A stretch of DNA of 64,000 bases from an uncultured virus (IMG/VR IMGVR_UViG_3300026185_000029) (Duplodnaviria > Heunggongvirae > Uroviricota > Caudoviricetes): IMG/VR virus record IMGVR_UViG_3300026185_000029. One strand, written 5' to 3'. A program made the translations under genes and the position numbers. Positions 1 through 9,114 of the stretch are shown in pieces. The notes under the pieces were generated by a model, which ran no database searches, was not told the origin of the DNA, and saw nothing but the letters and a program-made list of their open reading frames with translations. Within the stretch, counting starts at the first letter, position 1. Each line of letters starts with the position of its first letter.

Positions 1-127
1 GGACAGACAAACGCTTCACGTCTGTCCCTTTTTTCTTTATTATATTCATTTCTGAATGCTTCTGGAGATCTTTGATGAATCTCTCTTTTTATTGATAACG
101 AATAGAGGTATTCACCATGACTGTAAA
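1..127 (+). repeat. 127-bp exact direct repeat, copy 1 (hairpin, T-tract, TTTTTATTGA motif, RBS and first codons of ORF 117)
   Basis: Identical to 6791..6917 base for base; the copies diverge after ATGACTGTAAA. Confidence 0.97.
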
Positions 128-1586
128 CTACACCCTTTCCACCGTTTCCCTCAGCTCGGGCGATTTGGACTCAGTCCTTGACGCACACGAAATCATGGAA
201 GGAAACCAAGGCGTTGACAAGCCCTTGGAATTCTTAGAGGAGGATAAGTTTGTCAAACTCGACGCGGCTGTCCGTCGCTTGAGTGAACTCAGTCTTGAGG
301 AGTTAAGCCTGCTTACACGTAAGTGGGCAGAGAAGCTTCAAGGTGAATATGTTTACCCGCTTGTAACACAAACAGCAGAAGGCGAGGTAGTGTACCAACA
401 CTGCTTGCACTTAGCTGCAGCCCGCTCTTTCAGCCCTGTGCTGGCATCGCCGCACAGTGGCCAAGGTTTCAGCACGGTGCTTGAGTGGAAGCTCAAGCAC
501 CCGGCTATCCTAAAGTTCGAAGTCACCGTCGGGGGACTAGACACCGAGGAGGAAGCGGAGCAATTCAACAGCCTAGTAGGAAACGAACGGCTTAAACACC
601 TAAAAGCGTTGGCAGCGCGTAAGGTTAACCTGGAGTGGCGGGCTCCAGGCTCCGATGAATGGAAACCCTATACTGTGGGTGCCCTTGTACCCGAAGGTAG
701 CGCAGGTTACCGGTTGGAACATGACTCCGGCTTCACCGCCGGTGCCGCAGTGGAAAAGCGCCAATTCGACTTTGTCGTTACGCAGACCCCTCGGGTGATG
801 CCTGAAGACATTGTCATCATTGGGAAAGGTGAGTCTGCCACCCAAGCGCGGGTTACCATTATCATTAAAGGCGTATGGTGCGCCGTTTCCCAAGCGGAGA
901 AATTCGCAGCCACATTGTCTAAATTGTGCGTGGACGCTGTCCCGGAAGCGCATAGTCTGAAAGATACAGAACTCGGCGGTATAGTTCTGTATGCCGAACC
1001 GGAGGTAAGTATGGATAAATTCATCCAGAAAGCTCTTGAGGGTGAGGTGACACCTATCAGCCTACCGCATGTCGGTCTAGGACAGGAGACCGCCAAGGGG
1101 GCACCGACGTACAACCCTGCGGCAGCAACGGTACTGGCCCTCACGGGCAAACGTGTCTTACGGAAGACCCATCAGGTAACCCAACCTGTTGAGGTTCGTG
1201 GGGAGTTGAAAGACTTTCCTGTCGGAGACATCGTGTGGGATTCGGACGAATTCGTTGACTTCCGGCGGAAGTGGTCAAAAGCCACGGTCCGTACTGGCGT
1301 CTGGGGCCGGTGGGTTGACCCCTACATGGTTTCAATTCTGAAGTCTGCGGTGAAATATTCCCAGATGGAAGAGAAGAAGGATACCCAGGAATGGGAAGAA
1401 TATCCTTACCGGTTTGTTCCTGCCGGTCCAGAGGAAGAGGACGGATACTATTACTTCCACCGTACGGAAGTTCGGATTGAGCTGGCTCCAATGACCATGG
1501 AGACCAGCACCCAGCTGGAGAACTTAGGCTCCACTCCTACGGGAGGCATGTTCTGGGAATTACAGAATACGTTTAACGTTCTGTAA
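117..1586 (+). CDS. Putative divergent RNA polymerase beta-like subunit (middle/C-terminal part)
   Basis: 489 aa, GAGGT RBS. Segments HLAAARSFSPVLASPHSGQG, DSGFTAGAAVEKRQFDFVVTQTPRVMPEDIVII, GGIVLY and KDFPVGDIVWD are colinear with RpoB MQRQAVP..PLVGTG, GELALG..EDSILV, GIVYIG and EDMP..VDIVLN. Adjacent to the DxDGD gene. Confidence 0.55.
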   Translation: MTVNYTLSTVSLSSGDLDSVLDAHEIMEGNQGVDKPLEFLEEDKFVKLDAAVRRLSELSLEELSLLTRKWAEKLQGEYVYPLVTQTAEGEVVYQHCLHLAAARSFSPVLASPHSGQGFSTVLEWKLKHPAILKFEVTVGGLDTEEEAEQFNSLVGNERLKHLKALAARKVNLEWRAPGSDEWKPYTVGALVPEGSAGYRLEHDSGFTAGAAVEKRQFDFVVTQTPRVMPEDIVIIGKGESATQARVTIIIKGVWCAVSQAEKFAATLSKLCVDAVPEAHSLKDTELGGIVLYAEPEVSMDKFIQKALEGEVTPISLPHVGLGQETAKGAPTYNPAAATVLALTGKRVLRKTHQVTQPVEVRGELKDFPVGDIVWDSDEFVDFRRKWSKATVRTGVWGRWVDPYMVSILKSAVKYSQMEEKKDTQEWEEYPYRFVPAGPEEEDGYYYFHRTEVRIELAPMTMETSTQLENLGSTPTGGMFWELQNTFNVL

Positions 1587-1611
1587 TTGAAGTAATAGAT
1601 TAATATTAAAA

Positions 1612-1665
1612 GCCCAGCAATCGCTTCACGCTGGGCCTTTTTTCTTCTCCTATCTTTTTATTGAA
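1612..1665 (+). promoter_or_regulatory. Intergenic module: hairpin with AATCGCTTCAC loop, T-tract, CTTTTTATTGA motif
   Basis: GCCCAGC-AATCGCTTCAC-GCTGGGC followed by a T run; the same layout precedes all five module genes. Confidence 0.75.
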
Positions 1666-1684
1666 CAATATAGGAGACAATACC

Positions 1685-2695
1685 ATGATTAACTACACCA
1701 TGGCCCAAACAATCGCAGCAATGCTATACAGCACCGGTCATAACGCCCGGGTGTTGGCAGACCTTCTCCCGGAGCTCATCCTTGAGCCAGAGTTGGTCCC
1801 CTCTCCCGAGGGTAATGTGCAAATCCGAAAGGATGATGGGGACCTAATGGAAGTCAAAGCCTACCTAGGCGAGACTGAGGCTTGGTATAAAATCCTTAAA
1901 GAGGACTTCCGCCTTCCCCAGGGTGCGGAGGTTCCCGACGACCCGACGAAGGCCTTGAAATGGATGATCTCTACCTTCGGGGAGGCATTCATCCTCCGGC
2001 TGAATGGAGGGAAAATGATGTGGATCTCTCCACTACTTGGGCTCCGTCTTGGTGATGGCGGAGGCGGACAGTTAAATCTGTATGCGGAGGTAGTATATCG
2101 CTATGTGCTACTGATCACTTCGTGGCGTCACCACGGTGATAAACTATGGCAGGCTGAATGGAAACAGTGGCTCGCCTCCCACCGGGCGGTCATAAGTCAG
2201 CAGTTACGTGGGGAGGAAACCAGCGAGGCGAAAGCCGGACTGGTGGCCAAAGCCACTCGGGCAAAAGGCGCGTACAGCGCTAAGGTGGGGGCGTGGATGG
2301 CCCGTATCCCGACAGTAAATGAAGGGAAACAAAACATCAAACCGGGCTCGGTATACGTTTCTACCGAAAGCCCGTTGGCCCGTCTGCAGGGTCATACCGT
2401 CTTCCTATGGCGGAACCCAGTGCTAGTACCACAGTTCTTGGATGTGAAGGTAGTAGGGCAACCTACTGCTGCGTGTCCGGAGCCGTGCTGGGAAACTAAG
2501 AAGCGATTACTTCCAAACACGAAAGTATTCTTGCACCCACACGACCCCTCCTTAACCGGCGGGGACGTAGATGGGGACGGAGTGCAATTAGTGTCTCTGG
2601 AAAATCTCCTACGGTGGACCATAAAAAACTGGCATGTGGTCGAGTCCTGGCCTGGGCTGGCTGAAGCAATTCAGCACTACTTCTTAGAAGACTAA
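1685..2695 (+). CDS. RNA polymerase beta-prime-like catalytic subunit fragment (double-psi beta-barrel with DxDGD)
   Basis: KAGLVAKATRAKGAYS...TVFLWRNPVL...VFLHPHDPSLTGGDVDGDGV is colinear with RpoC KQGRFR..KRVDYS...VLLNRAPTL...LHPLVC..NADFDGD. ATG 1685 follows a GGAG RBS (the track starts at 1661). Confidence 0.85.
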   Translation: MINYTMAQTIAAMLYSTGHNARVLADLLPELILEPELVPSPEGNVQIRKDDGDLMEVKAYLGETEAWYKILKEDFRLPQGAEVPDDPTKALKWMISTFGEAFILRLNGGKMMWISPLLGLRLGDGGGGQLNLYAEVVYRYVLLITSWRHHGDKLWQAEWKQWLASHRAVISQQLRGEETSEAKAGLVAKATRAKGAYSAKVGAWMARIPTVNEGKQNIKPGSVYVSTESPLARLQGHTVFLWRNPVLVPQFLDVKVVGQPTAACPEPCWETKKRLLPNTKVFLHPHDPSLTGGDVDGDGVQLVSLENLLRWTIKNWHVVESWPGLAEAIQHYFLED

Positions 2696-2702
2696 TTATT
2701 TG

Positions 2703-2845
2703 AGAACCTAGCAATCGCTTCACGCTAGGTTCTCTTTTTTCTATCTATTGAGTCTAGTATATTCATTGCATATATAAATATTTAATTCATTGTATTGTTC
2801 TGAACATACAACGTTTGGCCATATGAGTTGGTCTTTTTATTGAAA
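2703..2845 (+). promoter_or_regulatory. Intergenic module: hairpin with AATCGCTTCAC loop, T-tract, CTTTTTATTGA motif
   Basis: GAGAACCTAGC-AATCGCTTCAC-GCTAGGTTCTC; CTTTTTATTGAAACCGTATTGAGG upstream of ATG 2868. Confidence 0.75.
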
Positions 2846-2867
2846 CCGTATTGAGGTAAAACTCACC

Positions 2868-3998
2868 ATGGCTAAGAAACTCAAAGTCTCAAAAGCTAAA
2901 ATCGCCCAAGCTCGTCAAACTCTCAGCGGAGGGAACCATGCTGGCTCTAACGAGTCGGCGTTGGTTAATCCAATTCGCACCTTGTTTGGCAGCTGGGAGA
3001 ACTCGGCTGACTTGCCGGACTTCTTCAAGGATACGTCCAAGAAAAAGTCCCTGACTCAGTACCCGCTGAGCCTAGATCAGTTGCTGAAGCTGGTCGAAAT
3101 GTCATGGAACCCACGCTCTCTAAAGGTCGAGGTCAGTCAATGGGAACAGCTGGTTAAACAGTTGGACCCGGAGGCTGAGGGCCAGCCGGAGGGTAGTGCC
3201 TTCTCGTGCGACGAATTGAAAAAGCTGGCGGTTGGGACGCGTCAGCACTACGCCCTCGTCTCCGTGGCCTCCGGTTTCGACTGGAGTGCGCGGGGCTTGA
3301 ACCTGCTGGGCTTGCTGCAGGGGATGGGATGGTTTAAAAACCTTCCGGAGGCTATCCAAGCCAACTGGCAGACGGCCGTATTGGCATGTATCTGGTGTAT
3401 CTATGAAGGTCTCGGCCTTTCTGGCTATAATCAGACTGTGCTGGACTGGCACGCAGCAATACGAAAGTATTGCCGAAGTGGTAACCTCAACCACTTCACC
3501 GTGGGGGAAACCCTGGCGGCGTTCCGAGCGAAACACCAGGATGATGAACAATTCCTACACGAGGTCTTCCAAGACCTCTTACGGGGAGAGGGAATCCGGG
3601 ATGAAGTAGTCACCTCTTGTGAGGTGTGGCAGATAGTACTGTTCCTTGCCCACGGGCGGGAAATCCAAGCACGGCTTAGTCAGGGCCGTAAGCTTGGTAA
3701 GTACCTATCGACCTACGGGGCTTGGGCATTTAGTCCTGAGGATATCCAGTTCCTATGCCTGGCAGCTCAGCTCCAACGAGCCGCTGCTAAAGGGCGCCTC
3801 AGCCTAGACGAAGGAGACGACGTCGAGGGCAACGCAGGGTTAGTACAGGCCCTATCGAAATACGACCGTCACTGGGAGTATATCGAGAAACTAGAGTTCC
3901 CTACGGCATCAATAAAGATGCTACGGGACCTGTACCCGATCCTCCAGAAATGGAGTGGGACTCGTTCTAAATTGTTGAACCAAGAAAGCGAGTTCTAA
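2868..3998 (+). CDS. Hypothetical protein of the RNAP module (possible additional subunit or specificity factor)
   Basis: 376 aa, GAGGT RBS, same GC-rich composition and spacer module as its neighbours; no firm motif. Confidence 0.6.
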   Translation: MAKKLKVSKAKIAQARQTLSGGNHAGSNESALVNPIRTLFGSWENSADLPDFFKDTSKKKSLTQYPLSLDQLLKLVEMSWNPRSLKVEVSQWEQLVKQLDPEAEGQPEGSAFSCDELKKLAVGTRQHYALVSVASGFDWSARGLNLLGLLQGMGWFKNLPEAIQANWQTAVLACIWCIYEGLGLSGYNQTVLDWHAAIRKYCRSGNLNHFTVGETLAAFRAKHQDDEQFLHEVFQDLLRGEGIRDEVVTSCEVWQIVLFLAHGREIQARLSQGRKLGKYLSTYGAWAFSPEDIQFLCLAAQLQRAAAKGRLSLDEGDDVEGNAGLVQALSKYDRHWEYIEKLEFPTASIKMLRDLYPILQKWSGTRSKLLNQESEF

Positions 3999-4010
3999 TA
4001 ATATCAACTA

Positions 4011-4083
4011 AAGGTCTAGCAACCTCTACACGCTAGGCCTTTTTTCTTTCCTCCTCTCTCTTTTTATTGAAACCGTATTGAGG
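4011..4083 (+). promoter_or_regulatory. Intergenic module: hairpin with AACCTCTACAC loop, T-tract, CTTTTTATTGA motif
   Basis: AAGGTCTAGC-AACCTCTACAC-GCTAGGCCTT; CTTTTTATTGAAACCGTATTGAGG identical to the copy at about 2834. Confidence 0.75.
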
Positions 4084-4092
4084 AAGAACATC

Positions 4093-5349
4093 ATGCTAAA
4101 ATCCAACCTTGTTGCTAAGTCCACTACTGAACTCCTAAACAAAGCCGGTATCCATCCCGGTGTTTGGAGTGAGCCTCAAGTGGGTGCCTTGATCTATGTC
4201 GTGGTCCCCATGGCATTTCCCTACGCGAAAGCGCGGGGAGGCAAGAACAAATCGGAGGTGAGCTTGTTCTTCAAGGGAGGCTTCATGTCTACCCGGTCTA
4301 AAGCCGAAGGACGGGAGGTGGTCCATACATCCGCCCCGTTCATCCAATTCATGTCGGAGCTCCCCCGCAAGGAGGAGGCCTTTGAACGGAAACCTGGGGA
4401 GACTCAGATTTACCGTATCTCTCAGGTGACTGAGGAGATGGAGGACAGTAAGGAGGTGTTTGTGGTGGAGGGTGTAAAAGCCACTCGCTGGCGGCACAAG
4501 GTTACTGAGGCTGAGCAAAGCCGCAAGCTGGCGGTAGGGAGCCGGATCCCTTATAACTTCCGGTTAGAGCTAGGGGTCCAAACTCTAGCAACCTTGGTCG
4601 GGGGCGAAACCGACTGGGCCGATCAGTGGGAGGCCCTGAAAGAGGTAGTGCCTCAAGCACAGCCTCAACTCCACCTGCTCGTTTGTTTGGGGTCTGAGAC
4701 CCACCTCAACCAAGCGGAAAACAAAGAGGTCTTTGGCATGGAGGGGGTACAGGCCTACCATGTCAATCTCTCTTCGGAGAACATAGTCGCGGCTAAGTGG
4801 GTGATGGCCGTAGATGAACTGTACGATCAATCGGCTTGTCTGCCGGATAACCCGGTCTGCCACGATGAGGAGTTTGAGGACCTCCCGGACGCAGACGTTA
4901 AACAAAAACCTAAGTCGGTTGGGGAGGTACTTAGCCTCAAAAACCCTGCTGGCACTCTGCGGAAGCTTTGGCTGAAGCAGATCAATACCCTTAAAATGGA
5001 ACTTGATCAATTAGACGAGTTCCTCTCTAGTCTCTCGGGAGACCTGGAGTTCTGGTGGAATGAGAAGATTGGTGAAGAAGGACGTGCGACAGTACGTGCT
5101 GAGCTGAGCCAACTCAAGCGTTCCGCTAAAGCCGAAGCGAAAGCTGAAGGCCGTCGTCAAAAGGAAGCTAAAGCGGAAGCTAAAGCTGAGACCCAACAAC
5201 CGGTCGAAGCGAAAGCTGAAGTTAAGGCTGAAGCGAAAGCTGAAGTTCAGAAGGAGGTAGCTGCACCCGCTTCACCGCAGCAAACTCCTAATAAAACCGC
5301 CTTCGCGGGTATAGTCCTTGACGACTGGGATGAATTCGAAGATATGTAG
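4093..5349 (+). CDS. Hypothetical protein of the RNAP module, possibly beta-prime C-terminal-like; AKAE-repeat and acidic tail
   Basis: AKARGG..FKGGFM and PYNFRLELGV weakly echo RpoC SGARGS..MRGLM and ANFREGLNV; ATG 4093 follows a GAGG RBS. Confidence 0.45.
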   Translation: MLKSNLVAKSTTELLNKAGIHPGVWSEPQVGALIYVVVPMAFPYAKARGGKNKSEVSLFFKGGFMSTRSKAEGREVVHTSAPFIQFMSELPRKEEAFERKPGETQIYRISQVTEEMEDSKEVFVVEGVKATRWRHKVTEAEQSRKLAVGSRIPYNFRLELGVQTLATLVGGETDWADQWEALKEVVPQAQPQLHLLVCLGSETHLNQAENKEVFGMEGVQAYHVNLSSENIVAAKWVMAVDELYDQSACLPDNPVCHDEEFEDLPDADVKQKPKSVGEVLSLKNPAGTLRKLWLKQINTLKMELDQLDEFLSSLSGDLEFWWNEKIGEEGRATVRAELSQLKRSAKAEAKAEGRRQKEAKAEAKAETQQPVEAKAEVKAEAKAEVQKEVAAPASPQQTPNKTAFAGIVLDDWDEFEDM

Positions 5350-5372
5350 AAACATCCCTGTATATATATTTG

Positions 5373-5433
5373 AGACTAGCAACCACTAGTCTCTTTTTTC
5401 TTCCCTCTCTTTTTATTGAAAACAAATTGAGGT
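5373..5433 (+). promoter_or_regulatory. Intergenic module: short-loop hairpin variant, T-tract, CTTTTTATTGA motif
   Basis: GAGACTAG-CAACCA-CTAGTCTC, T run, CTTTTTATTGAAAACAAATTGAGG. Confidence 0.7.
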
Positions 5434-5440
5434 ATCACTC

Positions 5441-6778
5441 ATGGCCGTTCAATTCATCTCCAATCAAAAAGACCTAGCGCAAAAAAGTGAAATACTCAGC
5501 ACCATCACGGTGTTCGAGATGTTCATCTTTGGGGGCTTGGCTAAAAACCCGAAAGGGGAAGATATCAAATCCCGTAAGTATAACGTGCAAACGTTATCGT
5601 GGGAGGAGGATGTCTACCCTATCGATGGGTATTGCAACCCGGATTGGATCAAGAAAAACGGTAAACCTGAGAAACCCCTGGCCGGTGTCTGGGCGGTCAT
5701 CAATGCCATTAACGCGGTAACGATGTTCCGGTTCAACCATGGCTCAGTCCTCCCGGAGGGTTGGGTCGACGCCTTTAAGCAAGGGGGCTATTTCACGAAG
5801 AATGGGACTACTCTCCCGGCCTTCAAATCTTGGCTCCTGTACTGGGGGCACCGGGAAACAAAACAGTACACTTCGACGGGCAATTGGTTTTGCGAGACTG
5901 ATCCTGAGTGGGTTCTCTCTGATGAGGAGGAGGATTTCAAAGGGAAACGGATCAAGGAATCATACTTGCTTGATTACTGGTGGCTGCCTTCTACGGCAAC
6001 TTTCGACGCCTTCTTCCAGGCGGCGGCCACCGTTAAGAATAAAGACAATAATTCAGTCACCCTTTACGACACAGTAGAGGTGTGCTGGACACCAGAGCGG
6101 GTTTACTTCCCTGGCTTCCGCCGGGAGGGACGGTTCCGTTATACTTGGAAGAGCTGGGAGGGCGAATCATACAACTGGGTTTCAGGTGACGCTGAGATGC
6201 TAGGAAACGTTCTCTTCTGGTGGTCAATTATGGAGGTCCCTCTACGGGATATATCACGGCTGCTCAATCGTGATTCCACCAGCCTGGTGGCTCCTAATCG
6301 GGTATACGGGCAGCCCAGTCCATTAAACCGTGCGAGTGATCGTGATACGGTAGGGCATCTCAAGCTACGTCTCTCCAACCCCGGCAAATCAGGTCCTTGC
6401 CTGCCGGAGGTGTATAACGACGAAAGTCCCTACGCCGCCGCTGAAGCGGCTCGGTTCGCCTTCGAGGAAGGGCTGCCGGTATTGTTTCAGCATCAACTAG
6501 AGAGCCTGCGGGTCGGAAAGGTTGCCGCAGGTCTGGGTAAGAGCACCATAAAACTCTTGCTCCCTGTCTTTAAAGATGGGGTAAAGAAGACGGCGAAAGT
6601 CGGATTCTCTGTGGGTCCCTTCCTGGTCGATAAAGTGACTAAACTCTTTAACCGCGATTCGTTAGAGTTACGGTGTCAGCCTATTGTAGAGGCTGACTTA
6701 AATGCGGATTTAACCGATAAAGAGCATGAGCAAGGAGACGCGCTCATGGAGGAATTTGATTCTCTAGTTGATTTATAA
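5441..6778 (+). CDS. Hypothetical protein of the RNAP module, possibly the beta N-terminal part
   Basis: 445 aa; LVAPNRVYGQPSPLNRASDRDTVGHL resembles the RpoB fork region [22 protein letters not shown]. Confidence 0.45.
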   Translation: MAVQFISNQKDLAQKSEILSTITVFEMFIFGGLAKNPKGEDIKSRKYNVQTLSWEEDVYPIDGYCNPDWIKKNGKPEKPLAGVWAVINAINAVTMFRFNHGSVLPEGWVDAFKQGGYFTKNGTTLPAFKSWLLYWGHRETKQYTSTGNWFCETDPEWVLSDEEEDFKGKRIKESYLLDYWWLPSTATFDAFFQAAATVKNKDNNSVTLYDTVEVCWTPERVYFPGFRREGRFRYTWKSWEGESYNWVSGDAEMLGNVLFWWSIMEVPLRDISRLLNRDSTSLVAPNRVYGQPSPLNRASDRDTVGHLKLRLSNPGKSGPCLPEVYNDESPYAAAEAARFAFEEGLPVLFQHQLESLRVGKVAAGLGKSTIKLLLPVFKDGVKKTAKVGFSVGPFLVDKVTKLFNRDSLELRCQPIVEADLNADLTDKEHEQGDALMEEFDSLVDL

Positions 6779-6790
6779 AAAAAATCTTTG

Positions 6791-6917
6791 GGACAGACAA
6801 ACGCTTCACGTCTGTCCCTTTTTTCTTTATTATATTCATTTCTGAATGCTTCTGGAGATCTTTGATGAATCTCTCTTTTTATTGATAACGAATAGAGGTA
6901 TTCACCATGACTGTAAA
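6791..6917 (+). repeat. 127-bp exact direct repeat, copy 2
   Basis: Identical to 1..127; followed by unrelated AT-rich non-coding sequence. Confidence 0.97.
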
Positions 6918-8025
6918 AATAATATTTATATGTAACTTAAAGCTTTGTCCATAAAGCCCCCGTTGGGTTCTAAAGCTTTCTTCTTTAAGTTTATAAACTC
7001 CACAACTTTTCATCCGAAACAAACACACAATAATCAGCTTTAGCATATACCTTACAGAGTAAATCTTTTAATAAGTTTTAAAGGAACACAACAAATGTTA
7101 TATTATATAAACACTCTATTTGATAGAGTCTTTTTTTTGAAACGTTGACAGTAGTTGAACACCTTTGTTTAGCTTAACTGCAAATGACTTATATTAGGAG
7201 CAATACTAATTGTATTAGTCCAGCCTTGTCTGTGAAAGATAATAGTTTATCCCGTATAACTCTTCAATGGCCATGCCTTGTAGTAGTTTGGGTTGTTATT
7301 ATCAATCACAATAGACGGGTAGGGTGAGGCAATTAGTACCTATATAATGTCGCAGTTTAAAGTTAGATATCTGTACCATAACCTACTGTCAACAGTACCT
7401 CTCCTCTACGAGGATCCGGGTAAAAGTCTCAAATGTGCCACTCTCAAATGTGCGGCCTGATGTACCTACTGACAATGACTATACGAGTTGTGCTTCTGGC
7501 CAACTTCGTATATGTCTCAGTAGTGTATAAGGGTCTGTCGAGAGTGTGTCGAGGCTTCCGGATTATTAGTAGGGGGGAGATATTACTCCCTAAGTTTATA
7601 GTCCGGAGGACTGTTTTTGCAAAGTAGTGATTGATTGTCATTGTTTGTATCGTATATTAAGCTTAGTTTATTTTCTTATTGCTTATGGCATAAGATGCGA
7701 CGCTAGGCAATAGTATGTCTATTAAGCTAAAGCTTGATTCTAGACAAAGCTATGGTTCAGCGTGACTGCTTATGGCGTCATTGCGAGACCAGAGCAAAAG
7801 TCTAGGTTAAAGTGTAAAAGCTTGACTGGACATCTGACAAGGATTATTGCCTCATGGCATGATCGGAGTCAAGGCGAAAGCCAACCTGGGAAGGTTCCAA
7901 TATCCACTGTCATACTCTTAGACAGTTTAATCAGAAGAAGAGAGCCGACCCACAACAGGGAAGGCCAAAGCCCCTACTGCTTGAGTGTAGGTGTAGTCTT
8001 AATCTATAGATACTGGAGGTATCCT

Positions 8026-8589
8026 ATGACTATTTCAATGCGTATGAGCGTTGACGCCGTGAAATTCTTCCCTACTTCACAGGGTAAGAACAAACCCAAG
8101 GCCAACGCTACCTCTCGCACCGAGGAACGTACCTTTCTCAAAGGCCGTTTCGCCGGACTTGATCAACATGGTCAAGAAGATTCCAAGCGCGTTTTGAACG
8201 CTTGGTTCTCTTCTGAAGACCAGGAAGAGATGGTCTGGCAACTCGGCCAAGCGGGCAAAGGGGTCGTGCTCTTGGGCACTTTCTCTGAGGTCGAATTGTT
8301 GGGAGAGGACTCGTCCTCGATCTCCAAGCGCCTCAGCGATGCTCGGGTTGCGTGCTACAACAGTAAGGGAGAATTCTCCTACACTGAAGACGGCGTGCCT
8401 GTAAAGACCAAGGGCGAGGCAGGGAAACCTGTTGTCTTGGAAGTCGAGTACAGCGTCAATATGGTTCACGCTGAGACCTTAACTGGTGACCGCAACGTCG
8501 GTCGCCGTCAGGTCTCCATGCTTGACCAATTGGACGAGGCCCTCGAAGAAGAAGAACAGGTACCTGAAGAAGAAGTACCTGCTCGCTAG
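8026..8589 (+). CDS. Hypothetical protein with acidic C-terminal tail (possible ssDNA-binding protein)
   Basis: GGAGGT RBS before ATG 8026 (the track ORF starts at 7762); ends LDEALEEEEQVPEEEVPAR; GC-rich codons. Confidence 0.6.
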   Translation: MTISMRMSVDAVKFFPTSQGKNKPKANATSRTEERTFLKGRFAGLDQHGQEDSKRVLNAWFSSEDQEEMVWQLGQAGKGVVLLGTFSEVELLGEDSSSISKRLSDARVACYNSKGEFSYTEDGVPVKTKGEAGKPVVLEVEYSVNMVHAETLTGDRNVGRRQVSMLDQLDEALEEEEQVPEEEVPAR

Positions 8590-8606
8590 ACCGGGGAGGA
8601 AAGTTG

Positions 8607-8632
8607 AGAGGGGCCTCCCCCTCTTTTTTTTA
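8607..8632 (+). terminator. Intrinsic terminator
   Basis: GAGGGG-CCT-CCCCTC followed by a long T run after the stop codon. Confidence 0.75.
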
Positions 8633-8659
8633 TCTTCTATTTTTATTGCCTGACAGGAG

Positions 8660-9031
8660 GTGATATATGTGGTAATAGACAGGAGTTTGAGACAGGGATT
8701 ATTAAATCTCCACAATGTCTCAGTCTCAGAGCATCTTTCTTTATTAGAGAGACTGGCTCAACTTCATGATTTGTTTCTTATATTAAGCCCAGCGTGGTTT
8801 AATGACAGGGAGACATATTATGAAAACCTTTGCTCTTCTTCTCCTTTAGGAGTTAGTTGGGTAGAGGCTCTAGACAGGGAAGATAGATATTTCCCAGTAC
8901 TAGAGGTTCTTGGTAGGTATATTTTATATGCCGACCCTCCCCTTAATTTACTCCTTAATAAGGAACAAATTAAAGAAGCTCATAATAGAGCTTTGACAGG
9001 GGTAAAGAAGTTAATGGATATAATCTATTAG
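8660..9031 (+). CDS. Hypothetical protein
   Basis: 123-aa ORF with an AGGAGG RBS nearby. Confidence 0.55.
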   Translation: MIYVVIDRSLRQGLLNLHNVSVSEHLSLLERLAQLHDLFLILSPAWFNDRETYYENLCSSSPLGVSWVEALDREDRYFPVLEVLGRYILYADPPLNLLLNKEQIKEAHNRALTGVKKLMDIIY

Positions 9032-9114
9032 CCACACGTTATCCCCTGCGTTAAAGGGGAATCTAGGTAGGCTGTAGAGAAATCTATGGTTTAGGCCTAT
9101 GCGGTGCTCAAGGT

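Noticed and set aside
1..127. Phage terminal repeat
   Set aside because: The second copy is internal and the length equals a common assembly k-mer; treated as a circle/loop signature instead
353..6387. Minus-strand and nested ORFs inside the five module genes
   Set aside because: Shadows of GC-rich coding sequence, with no RBS or motifs
1..6917. Integron cassette array with attC sites
   Set aside because: No GTTRRRY/RYYYAAC ends and no integrase; the hairpins are short and followed by T tracts
7433..7641. Two short overlapping ORFs on opposite strands
   Set aside because: No RBS; they lie in a hairpin-rich region better explained as non-coding
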